DNA of 64,000 bases from contig OZ176055.1 of NCBI GenBank assembly GCA_964247055.1, positions 5,146,001 through 5,210,000 of the forward strand. The letters run 5' to 3'. Shown piece after piece: positions 63,554 through 64,000 of this stretch. The notes below the pieces were generated by a model. It saw nothing but the letters and a program-made list of their open reading frames with translations, was not told the DNA's origin and ran no database searches. Within the stretch, counting starts at the first letter, position 1; every line of letters begins with the position of its first letter. This DNA is from Paragordius varius. Its lineage: Eukaryota; Animalia; Nematomorpha. A program made the translations under genes and the position numbers.

Positions 63554-64000
63554 TTATTTATTAATTTTTCGTTGAAATAAATTCATATCCTAGATATTGT
63601 ATATTCATCAATAAATACGTAAACTTTTGCTAAAACTGTACAAGTTAAATTTTAAGACTTTTATTTCCTTTGTGCATCAGATAAAAAAGATGTTTATTAC
63701 AGTTAAACTCCCGAATTCGGATAGCTCTAAAACATGCTTGTTAGACAACTTAATTTTAAAACCAATAAATATTGATTGCCGGTAAAAAATTTGCAAACTT
63801 TCTAATATTTACATTTTTAACCATAATATACATAATTATCTTTGATGTATTAGCAATTTTTAAAATAATTGGCGATGTTTTTGTGATTTTTTTTACAAAT
63901 CTATTTTTTATGAATCGAGCCTAAAACGCTAAAGTAAAATTAAGTTTCCAATAATTTTTGAATATTCAAATTATAAATAGTTTTGTGGTATAAAACCCTA

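Overview
Very AT-rich, repeat-dense nuclear DNA from an animal. The standard genetic code is used, since TAA, TAG and TGA all terminate conserved proteins at their expected ends. The ORF track misses most genes because they are split by introns. Reading splice sites by eye gives six host genes: prefoldin-3/VBP1 (+, 5791-6420), YIF1 (-, 7870 to at least 17900), TRAPPC6 (+, 20033-21812), SEC61 gamma (+, 40763-41020), a three-Ig basigin/neuroplastin-like gene (-, 51991-57583) and ubiquitin-eL40/UBA52 (+, 63124-63553). Most introns I could define are ultra-short (21-26 nt), alongside TE-inflated introns of 1-4 kb. The most striking host feature is a 53-nt textbook U12 (minor spliceosome) intron in VBP1, with a strong U2 donor overlapping it 4 nt upstream. 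Mobile DNA includes a very young Mag-clade Ty3/gypsy LTR element (identical 293-bp LTRs, GACAC TSD). It carries one +1 frame break before integrase and appears to have landed in a coding exon. There are also two decayed Buster-type hAT transposons nested in one MITE, three TTAA-targeting (piggyBac-type) MITE families, a GGG-terminal MITE family with 3-bp TSDs, another hAT derivative and LINE/Penelope remnants. No tRNA, rRNA or CRISPR feature was seen. All alignments and identities are by eye; no searches or computations were run, and the organism is not identified.
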